Below the pieces are notes generated by a model. The model saw only the letters and a program-made list of their open reading frames with translations. It did not search any database and had not been told where the DNA came from. This document shows positions 26,195 to 35,518 of a stretch of 64,000 bases of DNA, piece by piece. Positions within the stretch are counted from its first letter, which is position 1. Every line of letters begins with the position of its first letter. The position numbers were made by a program, and so were the translations under genes. Origin of the DNA: a virus; IMG/VR virus record IMGVR_UViG_3300021511_000005, positions 32,001-96,000 of that record; one strand, given 5' to 3'.

Positions 26195-27860
26195 CTACTA
26201 TCTGATCGACCCGAAGGCCCGGCAAGTCCTCTACATCGACCGCGCGGGCTCTGACTTCTGCTGCGTCCATCCCGGTCCCGAGCGCCAGAAGGTCCCGGAC
26301 CACGGGACCGTCCGCGTGGTGACCGCGGGAGTCTTGGAGGCAGTGAGGGAGAGCCTGGAGGATGATGGGCCGCACGCGGACTTGCGCACGAAGGACGCCT
26401 ACAATTGGTGCCTGGGGCGGACGCCGGTCCTGCTGGTGGACGACCACAGCTCCGGGGATGAAGTCGCGTTTGCATTCTGCGGTATGGTCTCTGCCGGCGA
26501 GGTGGAGGGCTGGTCCGCGGCGCCGGACGCGGGGACGGACCCCCGTCCGCGGAGCCAGCAGGAGCGGTGGGACAGCGCCATGTTCGAGCTGCGGGAGGCC
26601 GGCGTGGACGTTCCGCGGATGGCCATCGAGCAGGCGATGCGGAACTACGTCCGCCTGGGCCTGGGCAAGGATGAGCGGAAGGCCGCGGACGAGGCGATCC
26701 CCCACCGGATGTCCGCGGAGGGGATGAAGCTCCAGTACGAGCTGGACGTCCGCGACTTCGACGCGGGCGTGGCGGACACGGCCCACACGGTCCTGGTCCT
26801 CCGCAGCAAGGACCCCGGCCACGGTTTCCACCAGCCGGTCTACGGCGCGGTCTTCCAGGAGGAGTGGAACGGCGAGGACGACCCAGAGGCCCAGGGCGTC
26901 CGCATCGGCTACGGGCGGGACGTGCTGTCCGCCATCCAGGACCTGCTGGGCTCGGAGTCCGCGGAGGTGGACGAGGGCGACCTGCCCGGGCGGACCACCG
27001 GCGCGGAGCTTCCGCGGGAGGTGATCTTGGAGGCGGCGCTGGCGGACGCCTACGGACGGATCGAGCAGCTGCTGGAGGAGCGCCGGCCTCTCCTGGACCA
27101 GGCCAACGCGCTGGTCCTGTCCATGGAGCAGCGGGAGGCCATCGGGGAGGACTGGCACCCCTACTACGATCAGTGGCTGCGGACGTTCGCGGAGTGGTGC
27201 GCGCGGATGGGGCCCGAGTACTGGGGTCACCGGGATGCCGCCCACCTGGTCCGCTCCCTGTTCGCCAAGCTGTCGGGCTTCGAGCCCCAGGAGTCGCCGG
27301 AGCCCCGGCCGCTGTTCTACCCGACGATCCGCGGCGGCGAGCCTGAGCGGGACCAGGAGCGCCCGCAGACGTCGGAGCTGGAGAAGGACCCGGACCCCCA
27401 GAACGCCTACTGGGCGCAGCGGCGCGAGTCGGTGGAGGCCGGTCCGCCGGAGTGGCGTCAGCGCCGGCCGCCGCGGACGACGCGCGACAGGAGCGTGACC
27501 CACGAGGTCGTGACCCGCTTCAACGTGGAGACGGGCTACGTCGAGTGGCGCGGCTACCGCATCCTGCTGGGCGCGCTGGAGCCGCTGGACCAGCCCCTTC
27601 TGCAGAGCAACGGCCACCTGTTGGAGGGCGTGATGTTGCTCCACGAGGTCTGGGAGGACATCGCGGAGAAGTTCATGCTGGGCGTCCCGCCGGAGAAGTC
27701 TCTGGCGGACATCCTGACGGGGGACATCACGGAGCGTGTCCGCGCCTACCTCGACCGGATCCCGCGGGTGACGGAGGACGACCTGGCGGACAGCCACGGC
27801 GGGCCGGAGCTGGGCTCCCCGGCCCCCCACAAGCTATGGACAGGAGAGGACGATGGATAA
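26184..27860 (+). CDS. large hypothetical protein
   Basis: 558-aa ORF, SD AGGAG, very high GC3. Confidence 0.7.
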   Translation: MGTDYYLIDPKARQVLYIDRAGSDFCCVHPGPERQKVPDHGTVRVVTAGVLEAVRESLEDDGPHADLRTKDAYNWCLGRTPVLLVDDHSSGDEVAFAFCGMVSAGEVEGWSAAPDAGTDPRPRSQQERWDSAMFELREAGVDVPRMAIEQAMRNYVRLGLGKDERKAADEAIPHRMSAEGMKLQYELDVRDFDAGVADTAHTVLVLRSKDPGHGFHQPVYGAVFQEEWNGEDDPEAQGVRIGYGRDVLSAIQDLLGSESAEVDEGDLPGRTTGAELPREVILEAALADAYGRIEQLLEERRPLLDQANALVLSMEQREAIGEDWHPYYDQWLRTFAEWCARMGPEYWGHRDAAHLVRSLFAKLSGFEPQESPEPRPLFYPTIRGGEPERDQERPQTSELEKDPDPQNAYWAQRRESVEAGPPEWRQRRPPRTTRDRSVTHEVVTRFNVETGYVEWRGYRILLGALEPLDQPLLQSNGHLLEGVMLLHEVWEDIAEKFMLGVPPEKSLADILTGDITERVRAYLDRIPRVTEDDLADSHGGPELGSPAPHKLWTGEDDG

Positions 27861-29820
27861 GCTACAGGCGCTGGAGGAGCGCATCCTTGAGCTGCAGAAA
27901 CGGGAGAAGGTGGTGGCTGCTTTGGAGAAGCGGCTCGCCCAGGTGGAGGGTCTTCTCAGCATGCCCGAGGATCAGGACGAATCCCTGTGGGGTCTGGAGA
28001 AGCGGGTCAGGGCCCTTGAGAGCATCGAGCTGCGGTTGGCCCAGCCCCTGGCGGACCGACAAACGGAGCTGGCTGGGCGGATGTCTGAGCTGGAGGAGCT
28101 GGCCGGGCGGATGTCTGAGCTGGAGGAGCTGGGACAGCGGCTGTTGGGCACGTTGGAAGCGCAGCCCCATCAGCTCTTGAATCTGGCGTCCACAACGAAG
28201 CTCGAGGATCTGGAGGATCGGGGCAAGGCCGGGCTCAAGCGTCTGCAGGCGCTGGAGATGCGATGCTCCAGGATGGAGACGAACACAGATGAGTGGCTGG
28301 CCAAGGTGGGGGACCAGGCCTCGGGGGCTCTGCAGCGGGTGGCCCGTCTGGAGGAGGATCGGGGGGAGATGGAGGCTCTGGAGGCCTTGGCGGACAAGTT
28401 CGATTCGATGGGGGGGTGGTCCCGGCTCCTTGACGACGTCCAGCCCCGGCTGGAGGCCCTGGAGGCCAAGGCGGATCGGTTCCCCGATGGGATGGGGCAG
28501 CAGGCGATGAAGCGGCTTGAGGCGTCGGAGCAGGAGTGGGTGATCTGCCAGGCCCGTATCATGGCGCTGGAGGAGTTCGAGGTGGATGGGCAGCGGCTCA
28601 CTCGAAAGCGTTTCGACGTGCAATTGTTGAGTCGGTTTCAAGAGCTAGAGGAGTTGATGGAGCGGGTCCAGGAGCGGGTGATGGACGGCTTTCGCCAGCG
28701 TCCGCGCTGTGTGGACTGTGGTGCGGCGATTAAGGCTCCAGCATGCCGCTGTCCTCAATGCAGTGGGGGGGAGCCTGTTGGCCTAGCGGCGCGAGTCGCA
28801 GTGTTGGAGGAGCAGGCGCCATGGGCGGACGCTTTCCGCAGTCTGCGGAAGCGAATAGAGGGGTTGGAGGAGGATCCAAGCCTCGCGGGGCTCCAGGGGG
28901 CCATTGACGGCGTGGAGGATGCTGCCGAGCTGGCGCGCGGACGGCTGGAGAAGCGGATCGATTTGTTGGAGACGACGCAGAGCGATGCCGCCCGGGCGCG
29001 GACGGAGATTCGGGAGCATCTGTCCCGGGCGATGAATGTGCCGGGCAAGGCGATCAACGGGTTTGAGCGCCGGCTTCACGCGATAGAGGCAGCGCAAGCG
29101 GGCCAGGTCCTTCTGGACAAGGACCGGGCCGTGGAAGCCCAAGAGCTGAGCCATGGCCTGGCCAACCAGGTGGACGCTTTGAACGCACTGGACGGCCGTG
29201 TGGCTGTCCTGGAGACGATGCCAGACGAGGGTCCGGTGGTGGGCAAGCCCTTCCGCAATACCAAGGACCTGCAGAACGTTTTGAGTGGCACGGTGATGGG
29301 CGGATTCATCCCCAGTCCCCAGGCCCAGGCGGAGGTGAATCAGCATGTCCGGAACCTGCAGGACACGGCCGCCTTGCTGCAGGGGTTGGCGGAACAGCAG
29401 GAGCTGGCCGGGGCCTATCCGGCGAATAGCGAGCTGGCGGGACCTTGCGACTGTCCCCAGATGCCCTGTGAGCATGATAACCTGCCACCGTTGTTCGCGA
29501 ACGGGGAGCGCGCGAACCTGGTCAAGCTTCAAGCCCCGGTCCAGAGTCTGGTCCGTCCAGTCGGGTGGGTGATGACGGACTACGTGGGGGCTGTGACGGT
29601 GGAACAGCGCGGGGAGGTCATCAAGCTCCGCGGCGATTGCCTGGTGACCTGGACCTCCGTGGGGGATGTGTGGGTGGCCGTATTGGGCGACAATGCTATG
29701 GTGTCCGGTAAGGTAAGGGCTTGGGAGGCTGCGGGGGCAAATCCAATGACCTTCGAGTCCAAGCCGGTCTTGGAGGTGGAGGTCATGGAGGTCAAGCGCT
29801 ACGGCGACAAGGCCCATTGA
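27853..29820 (+). CDS. long coiled-coil protein with central CxxC..CxxC
   Basis: Repeated RLxALE heptads. Confidence 0.7.
   Translation: MDKLQALEERILELQKREKVVAALEKRLAQVEGLLSMPEDQDESLWGLEKRVRALESIELRLAQPLADRQTELAGRMSELEELAGRMSELEELGQRLLGTLEAQPHQLLNLASTTKLEDLEDRGKAGLKRLQALEMRCSRMETNTDEWLAKVGDQASGALQRVARLEEDRGEMEALEALADKFDSMGGWSRLLDDVQPRLEALEAKADRFPDGMGQQAMKRLEASEQEWVICQARIMALEEFEVDGQRLTRKRFDVQLLSRFQELEELMERVQERVMDGFRQRPRCVDCGAAIKAPACRCPQCSGGEPVGLAARVAVLEEQAPWADAFRSLRKRIEGLEEDPSLAGLQGAIDGVEDAAELARGRLEKRIDLLETTQSDAARARTEIREHLSRAMNVPGKAINGFERRLHAIEAAQAGQVLLDKDRAVEAQELSHGLANQVDALNALDGRVAVLETMPDEGPVVGKPFRNTKDLQNVLSGTVMGGFIPSPQAQAEVNQHVRNLQDTAALLQGLAEQQELAGAYPANSELAGPCDCPQMPCEHDNLPPLFANGERANLVKLQAPVQSLVRPVGWVMTDYVGAVTVEQRGEVIKLRGDCLVTWTSVGDVWVAVLGDNAMVSGKVRAWEAAGANPMTFESKPVLEVEVMEVKRYGDKAH
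28066..28131 (+). repeat. 30-nt near-exact tandem duplication (ELAGRMSELE x2)
   Basis: Read directly; one mismatch. Confidence 0.9.
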
Positions 29821-30296
29821 TGCCGATCCTGGATAGTGTGAGGGGGCAGCAGCCTACGATGGGATCGTGGGGGGCGCCGGCGACGGTGGACGGGACGCCG
29901 GCGATGGATACACCTCTATTTCGTCGATGTACGGGCCACTGCTGTCAGTGCTTCTGTCTGGGGGGTATGTCTCTCGAGGACTTCCGCGAGAACCTGCGGC
30001 GCTCGCGACTGCCGGGCGGCTACTTGTCGCAGGGCTGGCCCCAGCGATGTTCCAATGGGAAGTTTCTGCAGGGGCCGGTGGTCGATATCGAGCTGATCGT
30101 GGATATGCTGATTCCATGGAAGGAAAGCGATCCACGACCAGTGAGTCGATCATCAGGGACCCCGGATAGCCTTCCGCGGTTCACCTGCCGGTACCTGGAC
30201 GGGGATCGCTGTAGTATCTACAGTCGGCGGCCGCACTTCTGTCGGAGCTATCCGAATGGGGCGTGTGAATACCGAGATTGCACGAGGGAGCATTGA
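29820..30296 (+). CDS. YkgJ/CxxCxxCC cysteine-cluster protein
   Basis: 'CTGHCC', 'CRYL.GDRCSIYSRRPHFCRSYP'. Confidence 0.75.
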   Translation: MPILDSVRGQQPTMGSWGAPATVDGTPAMDTPLFRRCTGHCCQCFCLGGMSLEDFRENLRRSRLPGGYLSQGWPQRCSNGKFLQGPVVDIELIVDMLIPWKESDPRPVSRSSGTPDSLPRFTCRYLDGDRCSIYSRRPHFCRSYPNGACEYRDCTREH

Positions 30297-30514
30297 CCAA
30301 GGTCAATCTGATCCGCGATCACCCGCTGACCTGGCGGATGGTGAAGGGCGCGCGCAAGGGTGTTTGTCGGTACTACACGGCGCAAGGACGGCCGCCGCGG
30401 CGCGATTCGATTCTGTGTCTGGGGCTCGAGGGCGCGTGGCGGCCATGCCTGGATCGAGAGATCTGCCTAGAAGTGGCACCGGGCCAGCGGCGTGGTGTAG
30501 ACTCGAAACGCTAA
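30278..30514 (+). CDS. small Cys-containing hypothetical protein
   Basis: Fills operon gap; start uncertain. Confidence 0.45.
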   Translation: MHEGALTKVNLIRDHPLTWRMVKGARKGVCRYYTAQGRPPRRDSILCLGLEGAWRPCLDREICLEVAPGQRRGVDSKR

Positions 30515-30756
30515 TGGGGCAGCTCACGGACAGTCAGCGGAGGATCTTGGGGATCCTGGTTGTGGAGCATGGATGGTGGGCCAAAGCGACGAGCTTGGCG
30601 TCCATGCTAGGCATCAATCCCCAGGGCTGCGGGATGGCGCTGAAGGGGCTCTACAAGCGGGGGCTGGTGGACCGTCGGCCGCCAGCTCCCAAGGACTCGG
30701 CGGAGTATCGGATCAACGCGGAGGGCATCAAGGAGGCCCAACGCCATGGAGAGTAG
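30514..30756 (+). CDS. winged-helix (MarR-like) DNA-binding protein
   Basis: 'LTDSQRRILGIL...SLASMLGI......ALKGLYKRGLVDR'. Confidence 0.65.
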   Translation: MGQLTDSQRRILGILVVEHGWWAKATSLASMLGINPQGCGMALKGLYKRGLVDRRPPAPKDSAEYRINAEGIKEAQRHGE

Positions 30757-31045
30757 ATATCGCGTGGACCTGGCAGTCTTTGATCCCCCGGAGGGAGAGG
30801 ACGAGGAGCCGGCCGTGGTTTGCCAGATGACGGCTCACGGGGCCAGTTTGGAGGGCGCCATCGCCAACGCGATCGTGGCGATGGCGCCGCATATCATCCA
30901 CATGGGCTACGAGTTCATGGTGGTGGGCGCGGGGGTCTTCTGCGACGTCCACGGCTGCTACCACGAGATCCGGAATGTTCTGGGCCATGCCGCGGAACAG
31001 CCGGAAGTGGTCTTCGAGGGACCGCCGGAGCCGGCGGTCAATTGA
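30746..31045 (+). CDS. hypothetical protein
   Basis: SD AGGAGG. Confidence 0.55.
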   Translation: MESRYRVDLAVFDPPEGEDEEPAVVCQMTAHGASLEGAIANAIVAMAPHIIHMGYEFMVVGAGVFCDVHGCYHEIRNVLGHAAEQPEVVFEGPPEPAVN

Positions 31046-31049
31046 GGCC

Positions 31050-31265
31050 ATGATGGTCCACGAGGTCTTGTTGTTGTGCGAATGGAAGCTGGAGGCCTTC
31101 GAGCAAGCGCTGGGAGTCGAGTGGCCCTACATCCGGTTGGCGCTGCGAGTGTGGCGTCAAGCCCTTGGGCTGTGGCCACGGGGGGTCATCGGTCCGGAGC
31201 GCCAGCTTCCAGCTTACCAGTTCTTCTACGGGCAGCTGTGGCGATTGAAGGGGGTCACGAGGTGA
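31050..31265 (+). CDS. hypothetical protein
   Basis: Coupled ORF. Confidence 0.45.
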   Translation: MMVHEVLLLCEWKLEAFEQALGVEWPYIRLALRVWRQALGLWPRGVIGPERQLPAYQFFYGQLWRLKGVTR

Positions 31266-31519
31266 CGACGATCAAGGAGGCCTTCGCGAAGGTGGCTGTC
31301 GTTTTCACGGATGGCGCGATGGACAAGTTGGTCTACGGGCCGGGCAAGGACGGGGAGCCTGTCCGCATGATGTCCGAGCTGAAGAAGGGAGACCGTTTCC
31401 GCGAGTTCCGGTGGGATGGTCCGATCGAGGTTGCCGGTGGAGACGCTTATCAGATGGACAATCCACCGCCTGGGCCGAAGGGGAAGCTCTGGTGCGTGCC
31501 GATGGACCGGAGTCGCTGA
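31262..31519 (+). CDS. hypothetical protein
   Basis: GTGA-coupled ORF. Confidence 0.5.
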   Translation: MTTIKEAFAKVAVVFTDGAMDKLVYGPGKDGEPVRMMSELKKGDRFREFRWDGPIEVAGGDAYQMDNPPPGPKGKLWCVPMDRSR

Positions 31520-31776
31520 TGGCGGGCAAGCGGGCGTTGAAGGCCTACCTCGCGGTCCTGGAGGCCTTGTCCACCGGGCCCAAGATGAAGACCGATTTGA
31601 AGCGGGCCTGCGGCTACGACGTCATCCGCGAGTACCCAGCTCTGGATCGTCTGCTTCAGGATATGCGAGTGGCCGGGGTCATTGAGTGCCGCGGCAAGAC
31701 CTGGGTCTTGGCGGAGGGCAAAGAGCTGTGCCCCCAGTGCCATGGCCGGGGGATCTGGGATAAGGAGACGGGTTGA
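31519..31776 (+). CDS. winged-helix-like protein with C-terminal CxxCxGxG
   Basis: 'VLEALSTGP..KTDL...LLQDMRVAGVIE', CPQCHGRG. Confidence 0.5.
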   Translation: MAGKRALKAYLAVLEALSTGPKMKTDLKRACGYDVIREYPALDRLLQDMRVAGVIECRGKTWVLAEGKELCPQCHGRGIWDKETG

Positions 31777-31921
31777 TGAGCAAAGACAAAGACAAGGATA
31801 CGGGTACAGACAGGGATCTGTTACGGGAGGGGGTGGGTCACCAAAACGATCAGATCGATGAGGCCATGAGGGAAGAGACAAGGGATGATCGAGGGGGCGG
31901 GGATCGCGAGGAGAACGGCAA

Positions 31922-32551
31922 GTGATGTGGAGCTGGATGAAGGCGAGTCCCTGGACCTTCGCTGTCGGTGGTTTGATTGCTGTTTTGGCGGTGGGTGGTG
32001 TTATCTACGCATTGGCGACTCACAAGAGGCGGATGGCCGCGCGGGACAAAGGGCTGATGATTCGTGATGGTCACCGACTTCGCTGGAAGCGGGAGGACTT
32101 GCCCCTGGGGGTCTGGTTCCATCCGGGCCTTGCTGACGAGCTGCTGGAGGCCTGGAAGGGTGCCACGGCGTTGTTCGAGCAGGCCGTGGGGCGGCCGCTG
32201 TTCATGATCCCGCTGATGGCCCCTAATGACCTGGACCTGGACAAGCCGCCGCGGGGGAACGTGGTCCTGAAGACGACAGACCCCCAGGGCGATATGTCGA
32301 GCGACCATGGACGGACGGAGCACCGCTACGACAAGCGGGACGGTTACTTGATCAGCGCCATTGTGTCGTTGCCCTGGGTTCCGCGGACCGGGCTCCACCG
32401 GCATGTGGCGGTCCACGAGATTGGTCATGTCTTGGGTCTGGACCATGACGATGTGACGTCGTCCATCATGTTCCCAACGTTGAGCTTGCGGAGGACGCCG
32501 GGGACGCTGTCCGATCTGGACGCGCAGAGGCTCAAGGATATCTATGGTTAA
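31922..32551 (+). CDS. membrane-anchored matrixin (metzincin) metalloprotease
   Basis: N-terminal TM helix; HEIGHVLGLDH zinc motif; Met-turn SIMFP. Confidence 0.85.
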   Translation: MMWSWMKASPWTFAVGGLIAVLAVGGVIYALATHKRRMAARDKGLMIRDGHRLRWKREDLPLGVWFHPGLADELLEAWKGATALFEQAVGRPLFMIPLMAPNDLDLDKPPRGNVVLKTTDPQGDMSSDHGRTEHRYDKRDGYLISAIVSLPWVPRTGLHRHVAVHEIGHVLGLDHDDVTSSIMFPTLSLRRTPGTLSDLDAQRLKDIYG

Positions 32552-32621
32552 GGTAGGGCCGGCCATCGAGTCGGAGGGTTGGCGCCCGGTGGTGGGGAAG
32601 GCGCCGCTATAAGGGGAGGGG

Positions 32622-32650
32622 TTGACAGGTAGCCGGGCCTAGGGCACCTT
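32622..32650 (+). promoter_or_regulatory. sigma70-like promoter candidate TTGACA-N17-CACCTT
   Basis: Perfect -35 in one of the few intergenic gaps. Confidence 0.45.
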
Positions 32651-32777
32651 GGAGCCTGGCGGACCGAAGGCGTTGGGTTATCCAGTGAGCAACTGGCCCG
32701 GTCCATGAGGTCGGGCTTATCCAGCTCCATACCATGTTCGCCATCACGAGGTCACATGCAAGGGACACCCTGGATCA

Positions 32778-33011
32778 ATGGAATCTCGCGTGGACAGCTC
32801 CCCGGCTGCGCTCGAGGCGCGGCGACTGAGGTCCGCTCTCCGGAAGACCAAGGTTTCGGAGGGGCCGGTCCTGATGGTGGTGACACCGCAGGAGCAGGCC
32901 GAGATCTGGGCGGAGCTGACTCCCAGGGAGAGGGAGAGGGTCACGCTCCTGACGAGCTGGCCGTGGAGCGCTCCCGCGTTGGCCAGCTCCCGGTTGTGCC
33001 GAGCCGCCTAG
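32778..33011 (+). CDS. hypothetical protein
   Basis: Best + frame ORF in the interval. Confidence 0.35.
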   Translation: MESRVDSSPAALEARRLRSALRKTKVSEGPVLMVVTPQEQAEIWAELTPRERERVTLLTSWPWSAPALASSRLCRAA

Positions 33012-33046
33012 ATCTGCGGCTCAAGGACGCCCTGATCGGGTGATCC

Positions 33047-33373
33047 ATGCGCTGGTCAGGGTTGATTGTCGCGGTGGTGGCGCTGGTCCTGGCCTTCGTG
33101 GTGGCCGTTCTGGGGTCCTGCACGGCCCCCAATCCATCGCTTCAGGACTGGGAGGCCTGGGACGTCTACTGCTATCCGGACAGCTGTGTGGCGGTCTGGC
33201 GGGCTCAGGACGGCGGTTTGGGCGTGGACCGGCTTCTGCTGTGCGATGAGACCGGGTGCTACTGCATGGGCGGGGGGAGCCTGCGGACGCGCTGCTGCGA
33301 CCGGCAGCCCTTCACCATGGAGGCCATGGAGTCCGTCTACCTCGGTGGGTGCTGCGCTACATTAGGCCCTTGA
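33047..33373 (+). CDS. Cys-rich putative lipoprotein
   Basis: Signal peptide ending in lipobox-like LGSC. Confidence 0.5.
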   Translation: MRWSGLIVAVVALVLAFVVAVLGSCTAPNPSLQDWEAWDVYCYPDSCVAVWRAQDGGLGVDRLLLCDETGCYCMGGGSLRTRCCDRQPFTMEAMESVYLGGCCATLGP

Positions 33374-33428
33374 CTTACTCCGCACTGCGGTCACCATCCT
33401 ATTGTCTTCGGACAACAAGGAGGCTCAC
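33367..33428 (+). promoter_or_regulatory. repeated promoter/operator/stem-loop/RBS cassette, copy 1
   Basis: CCCTTGACTTACTCCGCACTGCGGTCACCAT...TTGTC-TTCG-GACAA...GGAGGCTC. Confidence 0.85.
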
Positions 33429-34310
33429 ATGGCGACCAAGCAGCTCTCTCTTCTTCCCAAGTTGGCCCTGGCGGCTGCGATGTCTAGCGAGTTGAACAAG
33501 GCCAAGCGGGACGAGACCATTCCCGACCTGCAGAGCTACGATATCATTCTGGTCAACACCAGCGCGGGCAAGGACAGCCAGGCGATGCTGGACCTGGTGG
33601 TGGAGCACGCCAAGGCGGCCGGCGTCCTGGACCGGGTAATCACGGTCCACGCGGACCTGGGTCGGATGGAGTGGGCGGGGACTGGCGAGCTGGCCCGCGA
33701 GCAGGCTGAGCACTACGGGCTCCGTCTCGAGGTCGTGAAGCGTCCCCAGGGCGATTTGCTGACCCAGGTGGAGGACCGGGGTATGTGGCCGGGCCATACC
33801 ACGCGCTACTGCACCAGCGACCAGAAGCGGGGTCAGGTCTACCGCGCGATGACCGCCTTGGTCCGCGAGCTGGGTCTGAAGCGCCGGGCGCGGATCCTCA
33901 ACTGCCTGGGCCTCCGCGCGGAAGAGAGTCCTAACCGTGCCAAGCTCGAGCCTCTGAAGGCGGACAAGAAGGCCAGCAACAAGACTAAGCGTGAGGTGGA
34001 CACCTGGCTGCCCATTCACGACTGGACGGTGGAGCAGGTCTGGGCACGTATCAAGCAGAGCGGCGTCCGCCACCACCGGGCCTACGATTTGGGGATGCCC
34101 CGGCTCAGCTGCGTGTTCTGTATCTTCGCGCCCAAGGCGGCCCTGGTGCTCGCCGGCAAGCACAATCAGGAGCTGTTGGACGAGTGTGCGGGGATCGAGA
34201 AGCGGATTGGCCACACCTTCCGCCAGGATCTGACGCTGGCGGAGGTCAAGGAAGCGGTGGAGGCCGGCGAGGGCGGGGCCGTCGAGGACATCGACAGCTG
34301 GTGCTGCTAG
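33429..34310 (+). CDS. PAPS-reductase-family (PP-loop, Fe-S) protein
   Basis: PP-loop SAGKDS, 'HADLG..EW', 'RYCTS..K', 'GLRAEES..RA', 'RLSCVFC'. Confidence 0.85.
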   Translation: MATKQLSLLPKLALAAAMSSELNKAKRDETIPDLQSYDIILVNTSAGKDSQAMLDLVVEHAKAAGVLDRVITVHADLGRMEWAGTGELAREQAEHYGLRLEVVKRPQGDLLTQVEDRGMWPGHTTRYCTSDQKRGQVYRAMTALVRELGLKRRARILNCLGLRAEESPNRAKLEPLKADKKASNKTKREVDTWLPIHDWTVEQVWARIKQSGVRHHRAYDLGMPRLSCVFCIFAPKAALVLAGKHNQELLDECAGIEKRIGHTFRQDLTLAEVKEAVEAGEGGAVEDIDSWCC

Positions 34311-34322
34311 GAAGCGATTAGA

Positions 34323-34388
34323 CCCTTGACATGCTCCGCGCTGGGGTCAGCATATAGGGGTCCTCGGACACAACTCACGGAGGCTCAC
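34323..34388 (+). promoter_or_regulatory. repeated cassette, copy 2
   Basis: CCCTTGACATGCTCCGCGCTGGGGTCAGCAT...GTC-CTCG-GAC...GGAGGCTC. Confidence 0.85.
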
Positions 34389-35348
34389 ATGACGACTCAG
34401 ACCTTGTTCGACTTTGCCCGCCCCAGCCGGCCCACCAGCACCTTCACCGATAGTGACCAGCTGACGGTCGTGGACCTGTGTTGCGGCGCCGGGATGGCCT
34501 CCTTGGGCTTCAAGGCGGCCGGCGGCTACGACATCCTGGGCGGCGTGGACATCTGGGACGACGCGGTGGAGGCCTTCTGTCTCAACCACGGCAATGACTA
34601 CGACTTCTTCCAGGACGCGGGCTGGCTGGGCGTCGAGGGCGCAGCGGCTGGCCGTCAGGAGCATTCCGACGGTTGGACGGTGGACGTGGTCTTGACCGGT
34701 CCGCCCTGCCAGGACGACAGCCTGGCCAACCACGCCGCGGACAAGGGTCGTGGCGCCATCAAGGCTCCGGCGCTGGCCGCGGCGCGGGCGATGGGGGCCA
34801 CCTGGATCATCATGGAGATGGTCACGAGCAAGTACGCTGACTGGTGCCGCAGCCAGGGTGCCCGTCAGATCCTGAAACTCCAGGACTGCAAGCTGGGCGG
34901 CTTCACCATGCGGACCCGCTGGTTCGCCGTCTGGGGTCCCTGGGACCTGGTCATCACGGAAGAGCAGGGACGCGGCTGGGGTGAGGCTCTGGGTGTGGAC
35001 GACCCCGACGCCCGTCTGGCGACCGAGAGTAACAGCAAGGCCAAGCGTTGGCAGCGGGCCAAGGCTCCCCACGAGGCCGCGGATGCCTGCGTGGGCGGCG
35101 ACCGGCGCCACGTCATCCGCTTGGGTAACGGCGAGGAGATCCGGTTGGGACCCCAGGACGAGGCCGCGTTGGCCGGTTTCCCCAACTTGGAGCTGCAGCG
35201 GTCCGAGCACATGTGCAACGGGGAGCGTGAGTGGACGTGGACTCAGGGCGCCCAGAACGAGCGGGACGCCAACACCATGGTCGGCAACGGCTGGCCCATG
35301 AGCTTCGGGCGCGCCATCGGGCGGGCCATCACAAGGAGGAGCCGATGA
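34389..35348 (+). CDS. C5-cytosine DNA methyltransferase (divergent)
   Basis: Motif I DLCCGAG, motif IV GPPCQ, motif VI EMV (usually ENV), motif VIII RTR, motif X VGNG. Confidence 0.8.
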   Translation: MTTQTLFDFARPSRPTSTFTDSDQLTVVDLCCGAGMASLGFKAAGGYDILGGVDIWDDAVEAFCLNHGNDYDFFQDAGWLGVEGAAAGRQEHSDGWTVDVVLTGPPCQDDSLANHAADKGRGAIKAPALAAARAMGATWIIMEMVTSKYADWCRSQGARQILKLQDCKLGGFTMRTRWFAVWGPWDLVITEEQGRGWGEALGVDDPDARLATESNSKAKRWQRAKAPHEAADACVGGDRRHVIRLGNGEEIRLGPQDEAALAGFPNLELQRSEHMCNGEREWTWTQGAQNERDANTMVGNGWPMSFGRAIGRAITRRSR

Positions 35349-35518
35349 CCGAGAGGGAGAAGAAGCTTCAATCGATTAGGGCCGTGGCGCAGAATCTTCG
35401 AGGTGTGGCGTCGTCGGAAGAGACAACCGACGAGTACGCCATTTGGCTTCGACGTCAGGCCGCGGTCTTGGAGTCCTCGGTTCGATTTCTGGCCTCACAG
35501 CGCGAAACGAGGGAGTAG
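35345..35518 (+). CDS. hypothetical protein
   Basis: SD AAGGAGG; ATGA overlap. Confidence 0.5.
   Translation: MTEREKKLQSIRAVAQNLRGVASSEETTDEYAIWLRRQAAVLESSVRFLASQRETRE

Noticed and set aside
25761-27830. Long minus-strand ORFs (689 aa here; also 5765-7462, 23308-24972, 52091-53602, 54860-56755, 60642-62336)
   Set aside because: They are antisense shadows of high-GC3 + strand genes, with no recognisable motifs and full overlap with well-supported genes
26184-27860. Apparent GC/codon shift suggesting recent acquisition
   Set aside because: Impression only; it needs a sliding-window composition calculation that I could not run
32651-32735. tRNA or hammerhead ribozyme in the intergenic gap
   Set aside because: No T-loop GTTC cloverleaf and no CTGANGA/GAAA core; kept only as a generic structured-RNA candidate. 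No tRNA or rRNA was recognised by eye anywhere in the window
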